From Verrucomicrobiota bacterium (lineage in GTDB: Bacteria; Verrucomicrobiota; Verrucomicrobiia; Verrucomicrobiales; DEV007): a stretch of DNA of 64,000 nucleotides. The stretch's first letter is position 1. Every line of letters starts with the position of its first letter. Under the pieces are notes generated by a model. That model was given only the letters and a program-made list of their open reading frames with translations. It ran no database searches and was not told where the DNA came from. Position numbers and translations under genes: made by a program. Positions 10,601 to 18,521 of the stretch are shown one piece after another. The DNA lies in assembly GCA_002862135.1 (NCBI GenBank), contig PKCI01000011.1, forward strand, positions 10,195 to 74,194, read 5' to 3'.

Positions 10601-11221
10601 AACAACGAAAGTGCCGTCCTCTTGATGGAACAGATGAAAGCCGGCCACATTTCGCCTTCCAATATGCCTCCTATGAAGCAATGGGTCTATGGCCGCTCCC
10701 AGGTTCCAAAAATCAAATCACTCGCCGGTGAACTTTTCGGCAAAACGGCCTCCAGCCGAAATGCGGTGATCGAAGACTACCTGCCGGCCCTTTCCTCTCA
10801 CACTCCTAACCACAAGAATGGGGCCAATGCGTTACAAAAAGGCACCTGCCTCGCCTGTCACCGTATCGGAGGGAAAGGCACCGCAGTCGGGCCTGATCTT
10901 GCCGACGTTCGGGCCAAGCCGGGAGTCGCCCTGCTCACCGACATCCTCGATCCGAATCGCGCCGTCGAGGAGCGGTGGATTGCCTACTCCATCGAACTCA
11001 AAGACGGCACCATCGCCACAGGCCTCATCGATTCCGAAGACGCTCAAAGTGTCACCTTGAAAGTCCCCGGAGGCGTCACCCAGACCTACGCCCGTTCCGA
11101 CATCGAGACGATGGCTTCCACCGAAACCTCCCTCATGCCAGCGGGCCTCGAGGCCGCTCTCACTCCGGAGGATATGGTGGACCTGATCGCCGTGCTGAAG
11201 GCTCATAGAGCCAGTAATTAG
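7691..11221 (+). CDS. PVC-type haem-binding protein: DUF1080-like domain, sorbosone/glucose-dehydrogenase-like propeller, HEAT repeats and C-terminal cytochrome c
   Basis: HWNRLEIIARDHQLTVKLNGETVNE (DUF1080-like); AAEPLTCDPVDVSWDSQGRLFVAEMRDYP; WSRPVNLRNGPDGCLYLCDIYR; CLACH...VGPDL...ILDPNR. Confidence 0.85.
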   Translation: MSRLICLALFLLPLRCQAQHHVDVLKNTDSLEWKYDTEKRPELEGFPPFELHDGVLRISEKVAGLLNYPCDQENRHVVLEFKWGERTSSDLENTARRANASAGAGLVSLRESMSGDLLVPQKLGAAASKSKAYDDTVPNRRGAHTHSNSIESPFGHWNRLEIIARDHQLTVKLNGETVNEATFTNPLRPAVSLSPTFAELFVRRWDIFQPGTFSETWQPDTASTDTGYSTTGESILPRDYPLSPEESLAAWQIDGDYQLQLVAAEPLTCDPVDVSWDSQGRLFVAEMRDYPLPTEHGGYLSRIRLLTDTNGDGVMDEAITWADHLDHVQGLTPHREGFIATTRTAILYLADTDGDDRADHIEPLYHSNDPKHNQLQVSSPRRGLDNWIYLNNGLDLKQIYRDGFPDATLNISKSNIRIHPQNHAIKAVSGYGQYGATQDDFGRRFFSSNRNPIMMAVMPFKQGYEDIAPSGENSKVYPLELSHTTSVAHAGTHTAACGLAVYRGNAIPDLKGNLFVCEPTAQLVTRSRLMENGPSFRAERIGDKTDFIVSSDEWSRPVNLRNGPDGCLYLCDIYRRFIDHSRFFPEAFSKSHYMRAGFDHGRIYRLIPRDSSPPPAEPLPQSSEALVEELKSPNAWQRVHAQRLIVESGDKSVAPLLESLLDRSPLPETRVHAFGALLGLEALNERHFKTALGDPETGVAENALLAALPGQAEQEILDLARSRNDRASFLALIHVSQYQWRNEEALDHIHQLLHATKGGANSWNRKAILGGYQIDVGSILSRMLTSPVPPTGEPAQSDERLNMYREFSAAVAASSSTSQLDAILQAMESVTDQDHQLAIAKGISTGLPRSNFKTKNLAAFIASPPEQLTHSTNSLSQIVDLANELAQDESQSAVTRVAAIEIASQNDFASVLQRTFSLITPVQPSDVQTAAVRSLGRFSKNRKETAQFFFNQWKTLPPPTRREAINLLTGNNESAVLLMEQMKAGHISPSNMPPMKQWVYGRSQVPKIKSLAGELFGKTASSRNAVIEDYLPALSSHTPNHKNGANALQKGTCLACHRIGGKGTAVGPDLADVRAKPGVALLTDILDPNRAVEERWIAYSIELKDGTIATGLIDSEDAQSVTLKVPGGVTQTYARSDIETMASTETSLMPAGLEAALTPEDMVDLIAVLKAHRASN

Positions 11222-11247
11222 TCTCGAGAAACTAGTGATTAGTTCAC

Positions 11248-12690
11248 ATGAATCGCCTATCACCATTCCTTTCGCTCATGGCTTGTGCCAGCTTGCTGGC
11301 CGTCGCCCATTCCACATCGGCGGATCAACGCCCGCCAAACTTCATTGTCATTTTCTGCGACAATCTTGGCTATGGTGACATCGAACCGTTCGGTTCCACC
11401 CTGCATCGCACCCCCAATCTCAACCGCATGGCGAAGGAGGGGAAAAAGTTTACCCACTTCTGCGTCACCGCCGGCGTCTGCACCCCATCGCGTGCCAGCC
11501 TCCTGACAGGCTGCTATTCACAGCGAGTACAAATGAATCTCAACCCTCGCGACCATCACGTGCTTCGCCCCATTTCCCCTTACGGACTTCACCCTGACGA
11601 AGAAACCATCGCGGAAGCGCTTAAGGGCAACGGCTACACCACTGCCTGCATTGGAAAGTGGCACCTCGGAGATCAAGATGGCTTTCTCCCGACGGATCAG
11701 GGCTTCGACTACTTTTACGGCATTCCCTATTCGGACGACATGACAGAGCGCACCTGGAATCGCGATGGTTCCCAGTGGCCCCCACTTCCCCTCGTTGAGA
11801 ACAAGACCGTCATCGAAGCCCCGACCGATCGCGACCTGCTGACCTGGCGAACGACGCAGAAGGCGCTTAACTGGATTAAAGAGAACCGGGAGGAACCCTT
11901 CTTCCTCTACTTCCCGCAAACCATGCCCGGCAGCACCGTCGCGCCTTTTGCCAGCCCCGAGTTTAAGGGAAAGAGCAGGAACGGCCCTTGGGGCGACTCC
12001 ATCGAAGAGATTGACTGGTCGACAGGTGAAATTCTCGATCTAGTCAGGGAACTGGGTATCGCGGAACGAACTTTCATTATCTGGACTTCTGACAACGGGG
12101 CACCTATCAAGCCCGACTTAGAAGATTTCTCCCGAGGCTCGAATCGCCCGCTTCACGGTCGCGGCTATACCACCGCCGAAGGCGCTTTCCGGGTGCCCAC
12201 GATCATGTGGTGGCCCGGTAACATTCCCGCTGGAACGGAATGCCACGAACTCGCTACGACCATGGATCTTTTCCCCACTTTCATGGGTTGGATCGGAGGA
12301 AATCTTTCCAACCGCAAGAGAGACGGCCACGATATTCGCCTGCTCATTGAAGGTGACGACAAGTCACCCTACGAAGCCTTTTACTACTATTACTCCGACC
12401 AGCTCCAGGCTGTCCGGTCCGGCCCCTGGAAACTCTTCCTACCTCTGGGGAGCTTCGTTCGCCATCCTCATTTCAAAAACGGGACGACCCATACCCCTCC
12501 CCTTCTCTTCAACGTTTACGAAGACATTGGATCAACGCAGAACCTTGCCGAGGAAAACCCCGACATCGTTGCCCGACTCACCGCACTCGCAGAACTTATC
12601 CGCCGGGACCTCGGAGATCGCAATGCCCCCGGTAGGGGCGTTCGCCCAATCGGACAGGTCGAAAATCCTGTCCCGCTCCTAAAAGAATAG
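11248..12690 (+). CDS. Arylsulfatase-like sulfatase
   Basis: PPNFIVIFCDNLGYGD, CTPSRASLLTG, GKWHLG, FDYFYGIPYSDDM, WTSDNG. Confidence 0.93.
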   Translation: MNRLSPFLSLMACASLLAVAHSTSADQRPPNFIVIFCDNLGYGDIEPFGSTLHRTPNLNRMAKEGKKFTHFCVTAGVCTPSRASLLTGCYSQRVQMNLNPRDHHVLRPISPYGLHPDEETIAEALKGNGYTTACIGKWHLGDQDGFLPTDQGFDYFYGIPYSDDMTERTWNRDGSQWPPLPLVENKTVIEAPTDRDLLTWRTTQKALNWIKENREEPFFLYFPQTMPGSTVAPFASPEFKGKSRNGPWGDSIEEIDWSTGEILDLVRELGIAERTFIIWTSDNGAPIKPDLEDFSRGSNRPLHGRGYTTAEGAFRVPTIMWWPGNIPAGTECHELATTMDLFPTFMGWIGGNLSNRKRDGHDIRLLIEGDDKSPYEAFYYYYSDQLQAVRSGPWKLFLPLGSFVRHPHFKNGTTHTPPLLFNVYEDIGSTQNLAEENPDIVARLTALAELIRRDLGDRNAPGRGVRPIGQVENPVPLLKE

Positions 12691-12740
12691 TATTTATCAT
12701 CAAGCGAGCAACCCCCAAGCTGGTCCAACTTCTCGCCACC

Positions 12741-13259
12741 ATGATCAACCCCCTCCTACTCATCATCCTGGTTATTGGACTGACTTCATCCGCCTTTTCA
12801 CAGGCCTACACCATCATCGACAAAACCGCTGCGATCCAGTTGACCAACGGATGGGAAAACAATGCAGTGTCCGTGGCTCGTCCACTCGTCCACGTTTCCG
12901 AATCAGCCGATGGCATGGCCGCACTCACCATCTTGAAAGAGATTTATTCCGACGTGGAGATTAATACGCTCGGCGACTACACATCACTCAAAATCGAGCT
13001 TCTTGGTGATTCCTACCCCGACTTCAATCCAACGGTTCCCAAGATGGGTGAAATCAATGGACTTCGCGCGGCATTTTTCGACAGTTCGGCCACCGTTGAA
13101 ACACCGGACGGCACCATGTTCAAAGCCAACTTTTCATTGATGACCGTCAAAGGAAAAAACCACTTCTACCTTCTTATCGGACTGATGCGGGAGGGGGCTC
13201 CTCCCATAGCTCGCAACGAACTCATCGAGATGTACAAGAGTTTCAAAGAGACAGGTTGA
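12741..13259 (+). CDS. Hypothetical secreted protein
   Basis: 172-aa ORF with signal peptide fills the gap between the sulfatase and rnr; no recognisable family. Confidence 0.6.
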   Translation: MINPLLLIILVIGLTSSAFSQAYTIIDKTAAIQLTNGWENNAVSVARPLVHVSESADGMAALTILKEIYSDVEINTLGDYTSLKIELLGDSYPDFNPTVPKMGEINGLRAAFFDSSATVETPDGTMFKANFSLMTVKGKNHFYLLIGLMREGAPPIARNELIEMYKSFKETG

Positions 13260-13472
13260 ACATTTTACTTCGTCCTTTGCTATGTCGCATCCATTTGACG
13301 GACTTCGAAATCAAGCGTATGAATCAATCAACTTTGAAGGGCAGCCACGCTGCCGGCTCGCTTACTAATTCATTTCCCGAGCCTCTATACAGCCACAGAT
13401 GGTTCTGATCATTCACACCATCGACCGATACAGTGGAAGTCCTTAACGCCAGCGGTGTGCCGGCGTTTACCC

Positions 13473-15770
13473 ATGGAAAATCAGATCCTGAAACTACTCG
13501 GGCGGAAGAACTATCTGCCCGCTGATGCTTTCGAATTGCACAAGCGACTCAAGCTTCAGCCTCACGAACAACAAAAACTCAATCGAACTCTGCGAGCCCT
13601 GGAGCGCTCCGGTCAGGTTGCCCGCATCAAGGGCGACCGTTATATCTTTCCAAAGGAAGCCGATCTTACACCCGGACGTATCCAGATCACCCGACAGGGC
13701 CGCGGATTTCTCATGCCCGATAAACCGGGCTCCGTCGAGATTGCTATTCCGAGTGCCGCCACCGGGACGGCCATGAACGACGACCACGTTCTCGTGCGCC
13801 TCGATGTAAAACCGAAGGGCCGACGACACAAGGACGATTCCCCTCCCACCGGGAAAGTCGTTCGAGTTCTAGAACGCCATCGCAAGCAAATCGTTGGAAC
13901 ACTGAAGAAGGGGCGCCAGTTCCTCTACGTCATTCCGGATGATCCGCGCATGCCACAGGACATCTATGTGCTGCCGGCCAAAGACACAGGCCGCCCTGCC
14001 CGGGTCGGCGACAAGGTCGTCGTCGAACTGAAGCAGTGGGAAAACCGGCACAAGAATCCGGAAGGCATCATCACCGAAGTACTCGGCCCGCCCACAGCGG
14101 AGGGCGTGGACATGTTAGGAGTCATTCGCCAATATGATCTCCCTCTCAAATTCCCCCAAAAGGTGCTTGAGGAAGTGCGGCGCTACGGCACCAAGGTCAC
14201 TGCGAAGGACCGCAAAGGGCGCATCGACTGCCGTCAACATGATGTCATCACCATTGATCCGGCAGACGCCCGCGACTTTGACGACGCCTTCTGCCTTGAG
14301 AGGGTTGATGACACGCTGTGGAAGTTGTGGATTCACATCGCAGATGTTTCCCATTACGTGAAACCCGGCTCCGCGCTCGATGAGGAAGCCCGCAAGCGCG
14401 GCAACTCCACCTACCTTGTTGACCGCGTCGTCCCGATGCTACCCGAGGCCCTCAGCAACGAGCTCTGTTCCCTCAAGCCTCACATGGACCGTCTCAGCAA
14501 GTGCGTTGAATTCCTCATCGACAAGGATGGTCGCGTCATGCGCACCCGCTGCTACAGCGCAGTGATTCATTCCAAGCTCCGCTACAGCTACGAAGAGGCT
14601 ATGGCCGTTCTTGAACGCCGCCCCGAAAATCAAATCGAAGACATGCTCTGCGATGCCGCACGACTCGCTCTTAAGATTCGAAAGCGCCGTTTCCAGACTG
14701 GCTCCCTCGAACTCGATTTTCCGGAAACCAAGATTCGACTGGATGATCACGGACGTATTCTTCGCATTGAGAAGGTTGAATACGATGAGTCGCATCAACT
14801 CATCGAGGAGTTCATGCTGCTCGCCAACGAGGCAGTCGCCACCCGCCTCATCAAGATGAAAAAGCACACCATCCACCGTGTGCATGAAAGCCCTGATGCC
14901 GCCCGCCTCGCAGAATACCGCGAAGAAGTACTCGGACACAACATCTCCTGCGGAAACCTCGAGAAAACGATCGAAGTTCAGAAACTGCTGCGCCGACTTG
15001 CGAAACTCCCTATCGGGGCCGCGCTCAAGATAGGGTTTCTTAAATCCCTGATGCGAGCCCGCTACGCCATCGAACCACTCGGACACTACGGTCTCGCCAA
15101 GCGGAACTACGCTCACTTCACCTCGCCCATCCGCCGCTACGCCGATCTCATTGTGCACCGTACCCTATTTGAGAAAGAAAGAATTCCGGCGAACTGGCTC
15201 ACCAGAGTGGCGGAACACATTTCGACCACCGAACGAAACTCCGCTGACGCCGAACGCGACAGCAAGGATGTGAAAATGCACGCCTATCTCAAGGCACAGA
15301 TGAAGTCCCGCAAGCGACATACCTATACCGCACTCGTGACCGATATTCGCAACTTCGGCCTCTTTGTCGACGTGCCCGATCTCGGCATGCGCGGACTCGT
15401 ACCGCTCAGCAGCATTGCAGACGATTTCTACGATTTTGATTCCGCCCGCGTTCAGGCGATCGGGAGACGCAGCAAAAACATCGTCAAGCTCGGCGACACG
15501 CTAGAAGTGGAGGTCGATAAGGTCGACACCTACAAGAAAGAAGTCGACTTCAGGCTCACCTCTCCCCTCGGCAAAGGTGCCTCAAAAAGGCGTCGCTCTC
15601 CGGGCTCTGGGAAAGCCTCTCCTCCAAAGAAGCAGGACAAGCCCAAGCGGAAACGCCCCGCCAAGAAGAAACCGTTTCGTTCTAACACGAAGAAGAAGGC
15701 TACCGGAAACACCGGGCGGCGCACGCCGGACCGAAAGCGAAACCAGGGCCAACGAAAGGGACGTCGCTGA
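13473..15770 (+). CDS. rnr: Ribonuclease R
   Basis: Cold-shock domains, RNB motifs TIDPADARDFDDAF and HFTSPIRRYADL, S1 domain, Lys/Arg-rich tail. Confidence 0.93.
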   Translation: MENQILKLLGRKNYLPADAFELHKRLKLQPHEQQKLNRTLRALERSGQVARIKGDRYIFPKEADLTPGRIQITRQGRGFLMPDKPGSVEIAIPSAATGTAMNDDHVLVRLDVKPKGRRHKDDSPPTGKVVRVLERHRKQIVGTLKKGRQFLYVIPDDPRMPQDIYVLPAKDTGRPARVGDKVVVELKQWENRHKNPEGIITEVLGPPTAEGVDMLGVIRQYDLPLKFPQKVLEEVRRYGTKVTAKDRKGRIDCRQHDVITIDPADARDFDDAFCLERVDDTLWKLWIHIADVSHYVKPGSALDEEARKRGNSTYLVDRVVPMLPEALSNELCSLKPHMDRLSKCVEFLIDKDGRVMRTRCYSAVIHSKLRYSYEEAMAVLERRPENQIEDMLCDAARLALKIRKRRFQTGSLELDFPETKIRLDDHGRILRIEKVEYDESHQLIEEFMLLANEAVATRLIKMKKHTIHRVHESPDAARLAEYREEVLGHNISCGNLEKTIEVQKLLRRLAKLPIGAALKIGFLKSLMRARYAIEPLGHYGLAKRNYAHFTSPIRRYADLIVHRTLFEKERIPANWLTRVAEHISTTERNSADAERDSKDVKMHAYLKAQMKSRKRHTYTALVTDIRNFGLFVDVPDLGMRGLVPLSSIADDFYDFDSARVQAIGRRSKNIVKLGDTLEVEVDKVDTYKKEVDFRLTSPLGKGASKRRRSPGSGKASPPKKQDKPKRKRPAKKKPFRSNTKKKATGNTGRRTPDRKRNQGQRKGRR

Positions 15771-15833
15771 TCCACCTGATCAAGGCCAGAAAAACCTTGG
15801 ACGGGCGAACCCTGTCTGATCAGGATCATTCAC

Positions 15834-16730
15834 ATGTTCGCCAAACTCCCCCGACTGCTTTGCTTTGCTCTAATCACTCTCGCTTTCCCCATCTATGCAG
15901 AAGAGCCTAACCGGGCCACACCGCTCAAGGTAATGAGCTTCAACATTCGCTACGGCGCTGCAAAGGACGGAGACAATCACTGGAACAACCGGAAAAACTT
16001 CGTCGCCGAAACTATCCGCGTCTTCGATCCTGATCTTCTCGGTCTCCAGGAATGCCTCGACTTCCAGGGCCAGTTTCTCCGGGACCAACTTCCCGGCTAC
16101 ACCTTTCACGGAGTCGGCCGCGAGGACGGAGGTCAAACCGGTGAATTCGTACCGGTGATGTACAAAACCGAGCGCTTCGAACTGGTCGATTCCGGACACT
16201 ACTGGCTCAGCGAGACACCCGAGATTGCCGGAAGCAAAAGCTGGGACTCCTCCCTTCCTCGCATGGTTTCCTGGGTGCGCCTGAAAGACAAACTGGATTC
16301 CGACAGCGAACCTTTCGTTTTCACCAATGCTCACTTTGATCATAAGGGCAGCGAAGCACGCCACGAGTCGGCTAGGCTGATGTGGCGCCGGCATGTCAGC
16401 GGCAAAAACAGCGAAGCGGTCATCATGACCGGCGACTTCAACTCGGGCGAAGATTCCGATCCCTACAACGCTCTCGTCAAAGGTGCCGGACAAATCAAAA
16501 AGGGAGACGAACCGCTGATCGACACCTATCGTGTCATCCATCCGGAGCGCACTGAGATGGAAGCCACTTTCACGAGGTGGGTTGGCCATCGCGAAGGCAA
16601 CCGGATCGACTGGGTGCTCCACTCTGGGACCTTCACCACCTTGAGCGCCTCGATCAATTACACCAACGAAGAGGGACAACACCCTTCGGACCACTACCCG
16701 GTCCAGGCCGTCTTGCGCAGAACTAAATAA
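15834..16730 (+). CDS. Endonuclease/exonuclease/phosphatase family protein, secreted
   Basis: VMSFNIRY, GLQE, NAHFD, GDFN, IDWV, SDHYPV. Confidence 0.9.
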   Translation: MFAKLPRLLCFALITLAFPIYAEEPNRATPLKVMSFNIRYGAAKDGDNHWNNRKNFVAETIRVFDPDLLGLQECLDFQGQFLRDQLPGYTFHGVGREDGGQTGEFVPVMYKTERFELVDSGHYWLSETPEIAGSKSWDSSLPRMVSWVRLKDKLDSDSEPFVFTNAHFDHKGSEARHESARLMWRRHVSGKNSEAVIMTGDFNSGEDSDPYNALVKGAGQIKKGDEPLIDTYRVIHPERTEMEATFTRWVGHREGNRIDWVLHSGTFTTLSASINYTNEEGQHPSDHYPVQAVLRRTK

Positions 16731-16924
16731 GGTTCACCTGACTTTGACTGTCGCCTGCTTCACCCTCGGAGCCTGCGCCAACCACACTTATCCTCACGCC
16801 CGCGCTAGCTGCCGGAGCAGTTGTCGGCGGTCGCTGGGGAAATTCGGTAAGGCGAAACACGTCCACAACCATCTCCTGAAACAAGCAGTCCGACTTCAAG
16901 ACCCGGTGGTAGGAAATCACGGCG

Positions 16925-18427
16925 TTACACCAGGATCTCTTTGATCACGTGTCCGTGCACGTTAGTCAGTCGTCTCTCCAACCCGTTGTGGTAGAAACTC
17001 AACCGCTCGTGATCCAGGCCCATCAGGTGGAGGATCGTAGCGTTGAAGTCGTAGAGCGAAGTGGGATCGACCGCGGCTTTGAAACCGAACTCATCACTTT
17101 GGCCGTAGCTGTAGCCCTTCTTCACACCAGCACCAGCGAAGAAGCAGGTGAACGCCTCTGGGTTGTGGTCGCGACCGGTGCCGTTCCCCTGGAGGAAAGG
17201 CATGCGACCAAACTCGGTGCACCAGACAATCAGGGTGTCTTTGAGCAGACCACGACGCTTTAGGTCGCTGATCAGCGCCGCTGTTGGCTGGTCCATGATC
17301 TCGGCCTGCATCGCGTGGGTGTCGGCGATGTTGGAGTGTGAGTCCCAGTTGGTGATACCATTGCCACCGGACGGGTCACTTCCGTTGAAAAGCTGGACCA
17401 CGCGAACTCCCTTTTCAATGAGGCGGCGGGCAAGGATACAGTTCTTGGCATACTCACGCTTCAGTTCCGAACCAGATTCAGTGCCGTATTCCTTGTGAAT
17501 GGATTCCGGCTCGCTGGCGAGATCCATCATTTCAGGAACAGACATCTGCATCTGTCCGGCAAGTTCGTAGCTGGCAACGCGGGCAGCCAGGTTGGCATCA
17601 CCGGGATACTTCTCGAGGTGCTTGGCATTGAGACGCTGTAGCAAGTCGACGGTCTGCTTGTCATCTGACGCCGAATAGTCCATCGGCCGACCGAGATTGG
17701 CCGGAGGATTCTTCGCGTTGAAGTCTGTGCCTTGAAAGGCTGCGGGAAGGAACCCACTGCCGAAGTTGTTTTTTCCGGAACGGGCCAAGCCGCGCGGGTC
17801 ATTGATCGCAACAAAGGCAGGAAGGTCCTCGCACTCCGAACCGAGAGCATAAGTCGCCCACGCACCGAAGGACGGGAAGCCCTCCATCGTGAAACCCGTG
17901 TTGATAAAGTTCTCGCCCTGCGGGTGAGCACTGCTCTGGGTATGCAGCGAATGCACAAAACAAAAATCATCCGCCAGTTCGCCGATCTTGGGGAGCAGTT
18001 CAGAGGTCATCTTGCCACTCTGACCGCGGGGTTTGAAGTCCCAGAATGGCTTCGCGAGATTCCCGCTCGGTCCTTCGAAAGTCACCGCTGGCATCCCCGG
18101 AGGCTTCTGTCCGTGCAGCTTGGCCAGCGCTGGCTTGTAATCAAAGGTATCGACGTGACTGACCGCACCGGGGCAGAAGATCACCAGCACCTGCTTAGCC
18201 GCACCCTCAAAGTGACCCTGGCGAGGCAGGTAAGGATTATCAGGATCAATGTCAGGACGAATCGGCGCCTTCCCCGTGAACTCGGCCGGATTATCAGATG
18301 ATGCCCGACCTTCCCCGGCGAGCAACTGGGCAAGGCCCAGACCCCCTAGTGAAAAACCGGTGTTTTTCATGAAATTCCGACGATCAAGCAAGCGCCGGCC
18401 GAAAGGGGTCATGTGTTCGGGATTCAT
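16925..18427 (-). CDS. DUF1501-family protein, Tat-like signal
   Basis: DRRNFMK, PGAVSHVDTFDYKP, ARRLIEKGVRVVQL, EFGRMP, GRDHNP. Confidence 0.9.
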   Translation of the reverse strand: MNPEHMTPFGRRLLDRRNFMKNTGFSLGGLGLAQLLAGEGRASSDNPAEFTGKAPIRPDIDPDNPYLPRQGHFEGAAKQVLVIFCPGAVSHVDTFDYKPALAKLHGQKPPGMPAVTFEGPSGNLAKPFWDFKPRGQSGKMTSELLPKIGELADDFCFVHSLHTQSSAHPQGENFINTGFTMEGFPSFGAWATYALGSECEDLPAFVAINDPRGLARSGKNNFGSGFLPAAFQGTDFNAKNPPANLGRPMDYSASDDKQTVDLLQRLNAKHLEKYPGDANLAARVASYELAGQMQMSVPEMMDLASEPESIHKEYGTESGSELKREYAKNCILARRLIEKGVRVVQLFNGSDPSGGNGITNWDSHSNIADTHAMQAEIMDQPTAALISDLKRRGLLKDTLIVWCTEFGRMPFLQGNGTGRDHNPEAFTCFFAGAGVKKGYSYGQSDEFGFKAAVDPTSLYDFNATILHLMGLDHERLSFYHNGLERRLTNVHGHVIKEILV

Positions 18428-18521
18428 TCTCTTAGCTCTTTAGCTGGTAGGTATTTGGAAGATTAGCTCTCTGGCTATAGGTAGCTGGACGGCGAAGCGT
18501 GACTTGCTGCACGTTCGCCCA

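Noticed and set aside
15771-15833. Imperfect inverted repeats after rnr
   Set aside because: No U-tract and the next gene starts immediately; cannot be called a terminator or an RNA element.
18428-18500. Repeated TAGCT/TTAGCTCT motifs between DUF1553 and DUF1501
   Set aside because: Short, irregular low-complexity repeats with no spacer structure; not CRISPR and not enough for a functional call.
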